From Bipalium vagum (Eukaryota), in NCBI GenBank assembly GCA_037834085.1, contig JBBMKC010032142.1, positions 1-40,675 on the forward strand: a stretch of 40,675 nucleotides of DNA, in the 5' to 3' direction. Each line of letters opens with the position of its first letter. Within the stretch, counting starts at the first letter, position 1. A model generated the notes under the pieces. That model had not been told where the DNA came from. It made no database searches and saw only the letters and a list, made by a program, of their open reading frames with translations. Of the stretch, positions 24,701 through 34,329 are shown piece after piece. Position numbers and translations under genes: made by a program.

Positions 24701-27700
24701 TTTCTTGAAACCTCTTCTCATGAAGTTTTTTATCTTCTCAATTTCCTTCAATAATGTTTGACATATTATAAAAAAGGATTCCAAAAATTCTGAAAGGATT
24801 TTCTGAGTAAAGAATTTCTATGACGGATCTGCAAAAGACGAAGATATTGGGTTGTTATGTATTTGTTTTGATTTTTGAAATTAATTTGTTAACCACACCT
24901 TTTATTGATTATTCTCTCATCACTGATCCCAAGTAAATAAATTCTAATTGAATTTAAGGTCTTCTACAAATACAATGGTCAACATATAAATAATACCATT
25001 TCACATATCCATTTTGATTCTCTTTTAATCAAGATGTAACAGTTGCAAAAGCAGTAAGAGATATTTTGTTGTGTACAAAGAAGGAGCAGTGATCTGAAGT
25101 ACTGCGAAAGGATTGGCTCATCGTGTTGCAAAATGGTACACATTCACCACTCCGGTCGCCCATCCAAGTTCGATGAAGTTGAATTTTGACGTCATGGCAT
25201 TGTCAGATCGGAAGAACAATGAAACTGAGTCCTAAATAAAAACAGAGATTATGTTATTGATTAACTTGTTATTGTTGTAAACATTTTTCGAATTAAAAAT
25301 TCACGGAAAATTATGTTACAATGGAGGGTGACTCCATCTTCAAAAAGAAACTAGACTCCTCCGTCAGCATTAAAGATTACATCATTACTTTCTTTACGTT
25401 TAAAAGTTTCATTTATTAAAGGGTTAGTCTCTTCGGTACCTGGGATTTTATTTGTAATTATTTTCACTAGATAAGAAAACCATGGACCTCATTCTTTAAT
25501 TCCTCTGTTAATGAGCTTATTCATCCAAAAAAATAAAATGGACAATTGTCAACATCGTCTAGGGGTTGATCCCAGTCAAAAGACTGAATGTTATTCAAGT
25601 CTATTGACCGATGAATTTTGGATATATATCATGATATATAAATAATTCTCCTGTTTCGTTATTTGTCTCATCCTCTTTCTTTAATACAGATGTATTCCAT
25701 TATTTGGGAAGGACAGTTGAAAGCGAAAATGTCGTCATTGGATATGTTGATACTGTTGACAGCTTCCATTTCTCATGACCTCAATCACCCCGGTTTCAAT
25801 AATACATATCAGGTAATTCATTGATGATCTCCTTGTTTTTTCAATAATCCGATCGATCCGCAGATTAACAGTGGTTCCGAGCTTGCTATTCGATATAACG
25901 ACCAAAGCCCGTTGGAAAATCATCATTTGGCCACGGCTCTCTTCATTCTTACCAAGTCGGAATGCGCGATATTTTCCCACTTAACCTCTGAACAACAGAG
26001 ATACATAAGAAGTGGTATTATAAAGTGAGTGACCATTTGGCATACGCAGTTACATTTATTTCATCATTTTTCTGAACTTCGTGAAGTAAACGTCTCTTCT
26101 CTTAACTGATCGTTAACAAGACCATTCCTTACTAATGTCAGATTCGTTGAAAGTTTTTTCTAAAGAATACCACGTGTAAAAGCACAACTTATAAAAGATT
26201 TTACTAATAAAGGAAAAACATTCTTTTAGTAAAAGATACTTTATTTCATTATTAGGTCAACCGAAAAGTAATATCCGTTTTTTGACCAATTGATTAAAAG
26301 TTTTAAGAAAAATAATCAATAAATATATTATAGATCGATTCATTAAATATTAATAAAGTAAGTAGTATTTGTTTAACTAAATATGACTTATAAAATTTCC
26401 ACAGTTAATTTTAAAATGGTAAGCCTTAAATTATCAGAGGAACATTTAAGAAATTGCATGTTATATGAATTCGACCAAGACAATTCATCAGCAGAGGTCA
26501 TGCAGAAGATTAATAAAAAAGCTGTGGAAGAAAGGAAAGTACAAAGATTTAAATTTAATTCGGAAAAGTTTATGATGTCCGTGAAATCATTCACTTTGAA
26601 TTGTTGAAACTGGACAAAACAAAAACAACAGACTTTTAAAGAGAACAATTAATCCGATTAAATTGATCAAATAGAAAAGAAGTTATTCTGCAAGAAGATT
26701 ACTCTAGGCTGCATACGTCAAAAATAAGAGAATTAGAAGTTCTCTTTTCTCTTCCTTATTCCCAAGATTCTGAATATCAGTTATTCCGGTTGATCCGGAA
26801 TTTCTTTTCGGGATAAAAATTTCAAAAATCAAGATACTATGAGAAGTTGTGTGTTCCGTTTTTGATTCAAAAGATGAAACTTTGTTTTAAAAAAATGATT
26901 GAAAACTTGGTTTCTTGTTGACAACAAGTCATAGACACGGATGGAGAATGCTTCAACGATTGAATAATGGATAATTTAAAAAATTTTATTATGATTGAAT
27001 AAAAAACAGACATTTCTTTCGGAATTTCATATACAGAACTTAATAATTATTATTGTTATCTTTTGTAACGGTTTTACCACCTTGTATTTATAATCAACAC
27101 GTGTAGAATCAAGATTTTGGAAGAACAAGGGATTTTGTCTTTTAAATCGTCCCAGAGGGTCGTGGATCTCTTCTACTTACTAAGCAATCGATGAATTGAA
27201 AAATTCAAAACCTGAGGTTCACAAAATTATGGAAAAAAATTCCTATCAAAACGATCATCAAATGTCAATATTTAAAATAGAATCATATTTAAAGTCGAGT
27301 TGTGCAACTAAGACTGCCCTTTGTCAACGACAATCATATCCTTGATTTGAAAGAAATTCATATTCTATTCATTATGAAATATGAATAAGTTGTGTGCTTG
27401 TTCCACGTGGGTTTCTCACACGTCATACATTAAAAATTATTCGATGAAAAGAGGACCAGCGAATATGCATCATGTTGAGTCTATCATTACATCAAATGGA
27501 AACTTCTGTGAACCAATCAAATGAATACGTATATATTAGGTCTATAAAATTGAATAGGTGTCCATTTTAATAATATTACATATCAAAAGATTGATAAAAT
27601 AAATATATTTTTCAACAACGTACAACTACAAATTATTCAGTGAAATAATCTCCATTGTTGTCGATGCATTTTAACCATTTTTCCTGAAAAAGATGGCGAT

Positions 27701-30700
27701 TTTGATTCATTATAATTTGAGATCGGTTTTTTGACATCTTCAATCTTTCCGAACTGAGAATCAGCCAGATAATGTTAGACAGACCTGAATAATTAATAAT
27801 CTGATGGCGCCATGTCAGGTGAGTAAGCAGGGAGAACATTGAGATGCCATTTGATTTATCGCTATTTTTATTGAATATTAAAACAACAAATTTTTTTATT
27901 ATTAATATTTATTATAATAAATTAATTGAATTATATTTTCTTAATAATAATTTACTAACATTTGACCTTGGATTTTTTATTTTTATTTTTTAGTCATAAT
28001 AATAATATAATATAATTTTTTTTAAAAATAAAATTTTAAAATAAATATATTTTGAAAATTTTCTCTTTTCCTGAGAAAATTGCACGACAAATTTTCGATA
28101 ATTTAATGCCGGAGAAAGAGAGGATTTTAATCAAGATTTATATTTTAATCAACGAAGATTAAAGATAAAAACGGGGTATAAATATTCATACGTTTTTCAG
28201 ATGAAAGTTTTTCTTTAGAAAAGAAAGGAGAAATTATCTCCTTTCCCATCTTCAAAGAGCGATTAATCGCATTTAGAGACACCAGCAATTTGCAATTAAA
28301 TACCGTAAGGAAATAATAAAGTTCCCCCTCGACTTGGGGAAGCTGCTTCTCTCCGACAATTTACATTGTGAGAGTTAAACGATATTTATGTCTTTTTTCT
28401 GGGTCTTGGTGAGAACCAGACGACTGTTTTCCCATCGTTTGCGAACAGATTTTCTCAAGTGACCTGTTGTGAAACCTTTTCGAATCTCTTCTGACCATTC
28501 CTAAAACAGGTATAAACTCTAAGATGTTCCATACAAAGAATTTTCGGAAATGCTTCGCTTTTCGGTCATTAAAATGGTTATTTTGTCAATCAGGATCATT
28601 TTTTTTAAAAAAGAAAACATTATTTTTAAGATTCTCTTTCATCTTTATCTCTTTTTCATTCATTTAAATTTCTCATGAGAAGTACTTCATGTGACCTAAT
28701 ATTTGAGACAATGATTTTCTTGAGGAATTATCTAAGAAGTATTAAGTTAGATTTAACCCCTGATAAATCTCATTAACCCGTTGTTTTCTTTTGGATCAAA
28801 GGTTGACAGAAGAAAACTCTTAAGCCTTCTCTTTTTTTTTCTTTTTTTTTATCCTTTAAAAAGAAGTCTTAAAAAATCATAAAAATATTATTAATTATGG
28901 GTTCGTCTTTCAGTCGACTAATACCAGATTCACCAGTCTATGGAACACAGCAGGTGATTTTGTTAACCCAAACGGCATTTTATTGAATTGACATAACCCC
29001 TTTCTTGTCACAAACCCCTTGATTTCCGTGTTACCTTCATCCACAGCAACTTGATTATATCCTTTTTCCAGTTCCATTCAATCATCCGAATGTTCTTATC
29101 CTTTTCTATACTTATTACACATCTTTATTGATCCATCTCTCTTTGTCATCAATTCTCATCGGTTGACGCTAACGTTCACACCTCAAACATATCATTAACT
29201 ATGACAATAATATTAATTAGGGATATCATTACTCAAATATATTATATAAATCAGCATTGTTCATGTGAATGGGCCTCCCAGATCTGGGTGCATCTTCCAG
29301 ATTTTCATCACCGGAACTGAACTTCTCAAATCAATAACGAGCAGTTCTATCCTTTAGTGGACCTTTTCCAAATGCCGTACAAATTTTTCGACTAGCTTCT
29401 GCGACATTTAACCCAAGCTTAACCTCATAGAGTAAGCAGGAACAAGTGATTGAATTTCTGTTCGCCATTTTGACTGCTGGAAAACTTTAAACATGACTTA
29501 ATGATATTTGAAAAATCAAATTGCGTGCTTGATTGAATTTAATCTAATAAAACAAATTGATTTTCTGAGTAATAATAATAAAATATTTCATAAAACGTCA
29601 ATTTAATAAAGTCGGCAAGAACTTATTTGGACACCTAATATTAATATATAAAATCGGTCAGTTTATTTAACTTCCCTGGAAATTTTTCTGCCAATTTTCT
29701 GGGAGACATCTTTTGTAATCCCCGTAAAAATTGGATCATATTTGGGATGATGGACGATTGAGGGATCCTAGAAATTAATAACCATTTGTCTCATAACAGT
29801 TCTTTTTTAATTATACAAATTAATTTTCCTGCTTTTAAAATTTTTTTTATTCTTTCTCTTATCCGTCAGATGCTTCTCGGGGCGAAAGGGAACAAAATCG
29901 TTTTAATTCTTATTATTGAGAACGGTGAAATGGTTTCTTATAACCATCCTGAACGAAAATGTCAAGAGTTGTGAACCATCAATATCATAGCCACAACGGA
30001 ATATTCATGGATCAAAGGTGTTGGCCATTTCTTGTGAAAGGTTTCGAAGAGATTGAAAGGTGATGAAACATGATGATGAGATTTATGAAGCCTTAACCAA
30101 AATGAAAACGAAACTGGGGTAAAAGGTAAAATGGCCAAAGGTTTCCAACAGTCATTATGATAATGATGACATTATATAACCTCAAACTTCGATTTTAGTG
30201 GACAACATCCCGACAGAACTTTGACACGAAATACTATCCGGGCTGGAAATTTTACCAGATCCAGTTTCAAGTGATAACCAGTGGACCTTTTGAATCAAGC
30301 TGGAAAGATGACAAAAACGAATTAATGGTTGTGAAAAATAAAATATTTTTATTGTGGAATCCATTTTTCCAATGAAAAGAAAAAACGGTTGCTATGGGCA
30401 ACGAAAGATATTTTGTTTAAATATTCAATAATTTTTTTTTGAATAATAATTTTTTTTTTGTCTTTGAATCATCAGTAGTTTTTATTTAAGAGCGCCTGAT
30501 TTTAATTATACTCGTCGTAATTTTATTTTTAATTTTTTTAAAATATTTTTTTAATTAAAATTTACGGAAAAAACCCGGTCGAAATTTGACTACACTGTCA
30601 CATTAAAAGGTTGGCAGTTCTTAGAACCACACTACTGCTTCCTGTCAAGACCACTAGCATATCACCTGATAGCCCCAGCGATTCTACGTTGTTCGTCAAC

Positions 30701-33700
30701 TTTGGCAACCGAATTAGAACCTTGAGGGCGCAGTTGTTGAAGGTTTTTGTTTCTTTGTATGAGAGATAGGAAATCCCGTTAGCATTGATGCCAGACTTTA
30801 TGTTCCCAGAGCATCATTACCGGTCATTACATCGGAGTCGTCAGCCACTTTATGAATAGGTCTCGACCATCTGCGTCGATTGGTTTGTCATATTGGCCGG
30901 TGGCAGCACTGAGTGATATCTCCTGATCGACAGAAGTTAGTCCGAAATACGACAGTTAAATCAATACAGATCCCAAACAAATAACTTATTATTATATTAA
31001 ATAAAGTTTAATATTAAAATTAGCTTCATAACAAAATCAAATCTATTCATAAAATGGAAAAAAAACCTCTTGAATTTGAACGAGGAAAAAAATTAGTAGC
31101 ATATTAAAACAAAATATTTTTTCGTGAAATGAATTTAAACAAATTGAAATAATTTCAATCATTTGGAATGGTTTTTTTTTAATTGAATTACATAAATGAT
31201 GGGAAAATTTATTTTTATCTTTCCAACGACTTCGCGATTGGTAATTAGAAGTTAATTTAATAAACAGACAAAAGTGAATAAAAGAATAAATGATTTAATT
31301 AATATTGATTATTTTGTTGTTTTAGTCGACTGTGATAAATTTTAAAAGCAGTCACTGCCTCACAAAATGGGCTGACAAAAGGGAAACTGGGGCGAAAAGA
31401 GATGTAAAGAATCTCCATTTCAAAGCAAGTCAAAATACATCTACAATTTGAACCCCACCCCAACCCTCGTTACATTTGAGAGCTCGGTCGTCGTTGTTCT
31501 GCCTCAGTTATATTTCCATTTTATATTTCTTTTCAAACCCGGGAAATTTTTTTATATTATTTTTCTGTGTTACGAAGAGGCTTGGGGCCTTTTAGTTTTA
31601 AAATTAATAAATAAAATTTGGAAAACCTTGTCTTCACAGACCTTTACGAAGGTATGTCTGCTCTCAAGAATATTTATAAAAAATAATTATTTATTTTTTA
31701 ATATTTTATTTTTATTTATCTTCACGTTATATTATTAATGTATATTTTATTATAAATAAATTTTAATCAATTTACTTAATAAAAATTAATTATTTATATT
31801 TATTCTTAATTTAAAAATCAATAATTAATATTTTTATCCATTTTATTATTAATAATTAATAATTTACTTTTAATTAATCAATAGTGAAAATGTTATTTCG
31901 CTGTTGGCTATTGTGTAACCCTTTGTTAATATTAAACCGTCACCTTTCCACGGACTCGGTCCAATGTCACATTGTCAAACGTTTTCAGATGCATCTTGGC
32001 CACCGATATGTCTCGCCACAATGAAATTCTTAACGGTTTCAAGTCCATTCTTCCCAATTTCGACTGGCTGTCTCAGTCTCACCGGGACCTGCTGATGATG
32101 ATTCTCATCAAATCGTCGGACATTTCCAACGAAGCACGACCCCTTGAAGTTGCTTCCAAATGGATCGATTGTCTCTTTGAAGAATTTTTTAATCAAGTTC
32201 GATCGTTGTTGACAACATTTTCATAATTTGAACTCATTTTCTCCAATAGAGTGCTTTTGAGAAACAAACAGGTCTTCCTGTGGCTCCTTTTATGGACAAG
32301 GATAAAGTTACGAAGCCTGCTAGTCAATGTGGATTTATCAGATTTGTTATATATCCGTTGTTTGAGAGTCTGGCTCAGCTTTTACCGGAATATAAAGTAC
32401 TAATGATTTTTTAAATTTCTCTTGTTCTTCTGTTACTGCTTGCTTCTGAAATCTGTGATCAAGATCCTTTTAGATTTTATAACAAATAATGACTAGTTAA
32501 AAAGTGTTTCTAAAATGATATTTTTTACACAATGTTTTTACGAATGTTATTTTAGGATCACCTTCTGATTCAATTTTTTCAACCTTTTTTTAAAGCAATA
32601 TATTCTACATTATGTTCGATAATCTGTATTTTATTATCCTTACAAGTTGATTGGTCATTTTCATGATGACGTCATTAAAGAGATCTGTGATTAACTAATG
32701 AAGTATATTTTAGATTTTTTTCGATACCTTTTCCATCTAAAGTATTTGACAAGGAGAGGTAATCTGTAGCTTCAATGCCAGAAGAATATATTATCTGACA
32801 CTTGACATTGTCATAATAAAATACCGTTTCTTTTCGATTAACTGATTTTGACGATATCAGTCACTGAATCTTTCAGTTCGTCTAGTTGATGACTACAACA
32901 ACAATTGTTTTATTACTCTGTACACGGCGATTTACACATTCTCAATCACATCACACTACAGGCAAACTTCTTGTGGACCCAAATTGATTTATGTTGGTGT
33001 ATTGAAAATTCTTTTGACTTTACCCAAAAACACATTTCATAATACTTTGCTTCAACCAATTCGTGAAGTGCTGTCATAACAAGAGAATAATCCCAGTACT
33101 CTATACTCATGTAATAGACAAAGACAAACATGAATTTTTCAGCTTCCGTCTAAAAATATTCAAAGTTTGATGATTTGATTTCGAATGAAGATCGATAATT
33201 TAATTAAGTTAATATAGTAAAACAAAATGTCTAAAAACATTTCAAATTATTAATTCGATATTGTGATCAGTGTTCAAAATGAATATTAAATTGGTTTTTT
33301 AATAAATTGTTTTAGTTGTCTTTGGAACTTTACAAACCAATATTATTTTGGAAAAATTGGATATTTAAAGATAAGTGATAAAAAACGAAGAATCTTCATT
33401 TACTTGTGAGTTGAGCTCTGTGGGAATTCACAATAAATATTAAATTTTAATTTTACAAAATAACTCGTATCAAAAATTAAATATGATTAAAGAATAAAAT
33501 GATATTTACATTCTTTATTTTATTATTTTTTAATATAGTTTTTTATTATTTTTTTATATATATTATTTAATTTTTTATTTTATATGTTTTTCTTTTTTAT
33601 TTTAACATCATTTTAATATTTATGCTATTTTTTATATATTATTTATCAATTATTTTATATATTTTATTTTATTAACTACTTAATATTTTTTTTATATATT

Positions 33701-34329
33701 ATTTTACTATATACTATTTTGTATATCATTTTATCATGTAGTTATTTTATTTATTATATTATTTTTTATTTTTTATTTTTATATTATTTTACCTTTTATT
33801 CTTTATTTTATATGATTTTCTTATTTAATATTATTTTAATATTTACCCTATATTTTAAATATTTATTATTTTATTATTTTTTTATATATCGTTTTATCAT
33901 TTAATTATTTTCTATTTTTAAAATATTACTTATTTTATTTTTATTTTTATTTTTATATTATTTTACTATTTATTTTAAAATCATTTTATTATTTGATATA
34001 TTTTAAAATATTATGTAATTATTTTTATTTATTTGTAAATTACTTAATATAATAAAATAAATATAAATATAAATCTGTCTCTTTTCCACCAGGAGCATCT
34101 GCTGATACCTGTCCTCCGTCAGTTAGACTATTACTCCCAACTGGACATGATCACCAACGGAAAGCCAAAATCGCGGAAAAGCATCATGGAGACCTTCGCC
34201 AAGAGCCAGTTCCGAAGAGCCAGTCACCAGTGCTGTACACATAACTATGCGGTCTGTTCGAATATCGACGCGAACCTTTTGACGAAAAACAATCAACCGA
34301 CGGAATCGGTTCGGAAACTGTCTTCATAA
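7576..34329 (+). CDS. PDE9A: PDE9-family (high-affinity cGMP-specific) 3',5'-cyclic nucleotide phosphodiesterase, spliced: join(7576-7715,7778-8018,25690-25812,25864-26024,31989-32196,32250-32396,34093-34329), about 418 aa if Met 7576 is the start; possibly 5'-incomplete
   Basis: Spliced translation gives PDEase_I motifs in the correct order: [18 protein letters not shown]|[15 protein letters not shown]|[53 protein letters not shown]|[25 protein letters not shown]. The DISNE and PVAPFMDxDKVTK segments match the PDE9 family. All six introns are GT-AG with compatible phases. Confidence 0.93.
7778..8018 (+). CDS. PDE9A: PDE9-like exon, start of catalytic domain (LDEDRESQ...[12 protein letters not shown]...[19 protein letters not shown])
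   Basis: Polypyrimidine acceptor ctcctttccAG, donor ATG|GTGAGA, and the FHNxxH metal-binding motif. Confidence 0.95.
8050..9560 (-). mobile_element. Highly decayed non-LTR (LINE) reverse transcriptase remnant
   Basis: The minus strand shows colinear RT-like remains [27 protein letters not shown]...IDP, AYVAAV (at the YADD position) and RILGI, with many stops and frameshifts. Confidence 0.5.
10850..11335 (+). mobile_element. Degraded mariner transposase, Himar1/irritans-like N-terminal half
   Basis: [38 protein letters not shown] and VMTSVFWDA remains, with stops and deletions. Confidence 0.85.
11336..11885 (-). mobile_element. Degraded mariner 5' half, Mos1/mauritiana-like
   Basis: Minus strand reads [31 protein letters not shown] and [16 protein letters not shown] (WVPYEL motif). 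Confidence 0.8.
11883..11900. repeat. (CA)n microsatellite
   Basis: cacacacacacacacaca at the end of the mariner remnant. Confidence 0.9.
13437..13567. other. Assembly gap (131 N)
   Basis: Run of n. Confidence 1.
14280..15070. repeat. Degenerate tandem duplication, period about 480 bp, in an extremely AT-rich block
   Basis: aaaacaata..attcaaa..aaaaattcat occurs at about 14292 and 14768. aattaaataaattta...ataaaaatt(g/a)gttaaaatattatt occurs at about 14490-14565 and 14975-15055. Confidence 0.7.
16719..23770 (-). CDS. Putative nested antisense multi-exon gene of unknown function inside PDE9 intron 2. Candidate exons: 23770-23647, 22507-22505, 22454-22448, 22391-22296, 22257-22239, 22147-22072, 19360-19322, 19271-19257, 19170-19097 (or to 19052), optional 18965-18864, 17361-17196 (or to 17159), one starting at 17051, and 16874-16719
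   Basis: A series of GC-richer islands on the minus strand bounded by AG/GT that can be joined in phase into one stop-free frame (...[67 protein letters not shown]...[10 protein letters not shown]...[10 protein letters not shown]...[12 protein letters not shown]). Several introns are 50-56 nt, like the host gene's short introns. No recognised homology; several junctions are ambiguous. Confidence 0.5.
17480..18300 (-). mobile_element. Heavily degraded mariner element
   Basis: Minus strand reads REAAKN...[26 protein letters not shown] (HTH plus the PRSGRP linker), with FLFPKL near 17570. Confidence 0.75.
19480..20930. repeat. Degenerate AT-rich repeat array
   Basis: Recurrent anchor ttattcagt(t/c)ca-like at about 19552, 20183, 20342, 20488 and 20809. 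A related longer unit ending ..atatttattttattcgttattt occurs at about 19680-19760 and 20810-20900. Confidence 0.65.
22655..23488 (+). mobile_element. Internally deleted, non-autonomous mariner with both TIRs (834 bp, TA target duplication)
   Basis: About 28-bp TIRs (GTGGGTGAATCAAAAAGTAAAGATACAA and its reverse complement) with TA on both sides. Transposase remains: [73 protein letters not shown]. Confidence 0.93.
24980..25190 (+). mobile_element. Mariner N-terminal HTH remnant
   Basis: VAKAVRDI...[12 protein letters not shown] remains with frameshifts. Confidence 0.65.
25690..25812 (+). CDS. PDE9A: PDE9-like exon ([41 protein letters not shown])
   Basis: Acceptor tacAG, donor CAG|GTAATT, and the class I PDE signature HDxxHPGxNNxY. 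Not in the supplied ORF track. Confidence 0.96.
25864..26024 (+). CDS. PDE9A: PDE9-like exon ([53 protein letters not shown])
   Basis: Follows a 51-nt intron; has the LAxxYNDxSPLENHH motif and donor AA|GTGAGT (phase 2). Confidence 0.96.
26252..27030 (+). mobile_element. Internally deleted, degraded mariner element
   Basis: TA followed by the TIR TTAGGTCAACCGAAAAGTAATATCCGTTTTT; N-terminus [19 protein letters not shown]; C-terminus [13 protein letters not shown]; degenerate right TIR near 27002-27030. Confidence 0.8.
27536..27845 (-). mobile_element. 3' end of a mariner element
   Basis: Minus strand reads [20 protein letters not shown] and [15 protein letters not shown]; TIR-like TA+TTAGGTCTATAAAA at 27534. 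Confidence 0.85.
29245..29638 (-). mobile_element. 5' end of a mariner element
   Basis: TIR TTAGGTGTCCAAATAAGTTCTTGCCGAC next to TA. ORF from 29468 reads [36 protein letters not shown]...[22 protein letters not shown]. Confidence 0.9.
30388..30402. promoter_or_regulatory. X-box (RFX-binding) motif GTTGCTATGGGCAAC
   Basis: Near-palindromic match to the X-box pattern, GTTGCY-N3-GGCAAC, in AT-rich intronic DNA. Function untested. Confidence 0.5.
31989..32196 (+). CDS. PDE9A: PDE9-like exon ([10 protein letters not shown]...[31 protein letters not shown])
   Basis: Acceptor ttttcAG (phase 2); ILATD and DISNE motifs; donor CAA|GTTCGA. Confidence 0.96.
32250..32396 (+). CDS. PDE9A: PDE9-like exon ([49 protein letters not shown])
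   Basis: Follows a 53-nt intron; contains the invariant purine-binding Gln (SQCGF); donor AAA|GTACTA. Confidence 0.95.
34093..34329 (+). CDS. PDE9A: PDE9-like terminal exon ([30 protein letters not shown]...RRASHQ...RKLSS*)
   Basis: Acceptor ctcttttccaccAG, phase 0; sharp rise in GC; last PDE helix (PVxxxLDYY) followed by a tail and TAA. Confidence 0.88.
   Translation, partial: EHLLIPVLRQLDYYSQLDMITNGKPKSRKSIMETFAKSQFRRASHQCCTHNYAVCSNIDANLLTKNNQPTESVRKLSS

Noticed and set aside
33719-33904. Hydrophobic I/F/Y/L-rich ORFs (4145-4330, 3' part of 16006-16365, 31448-31738, 33719-33904) as membrane proteins
   Set aside because: They are translations of AT-rich low-complexity DNA with no motifs.
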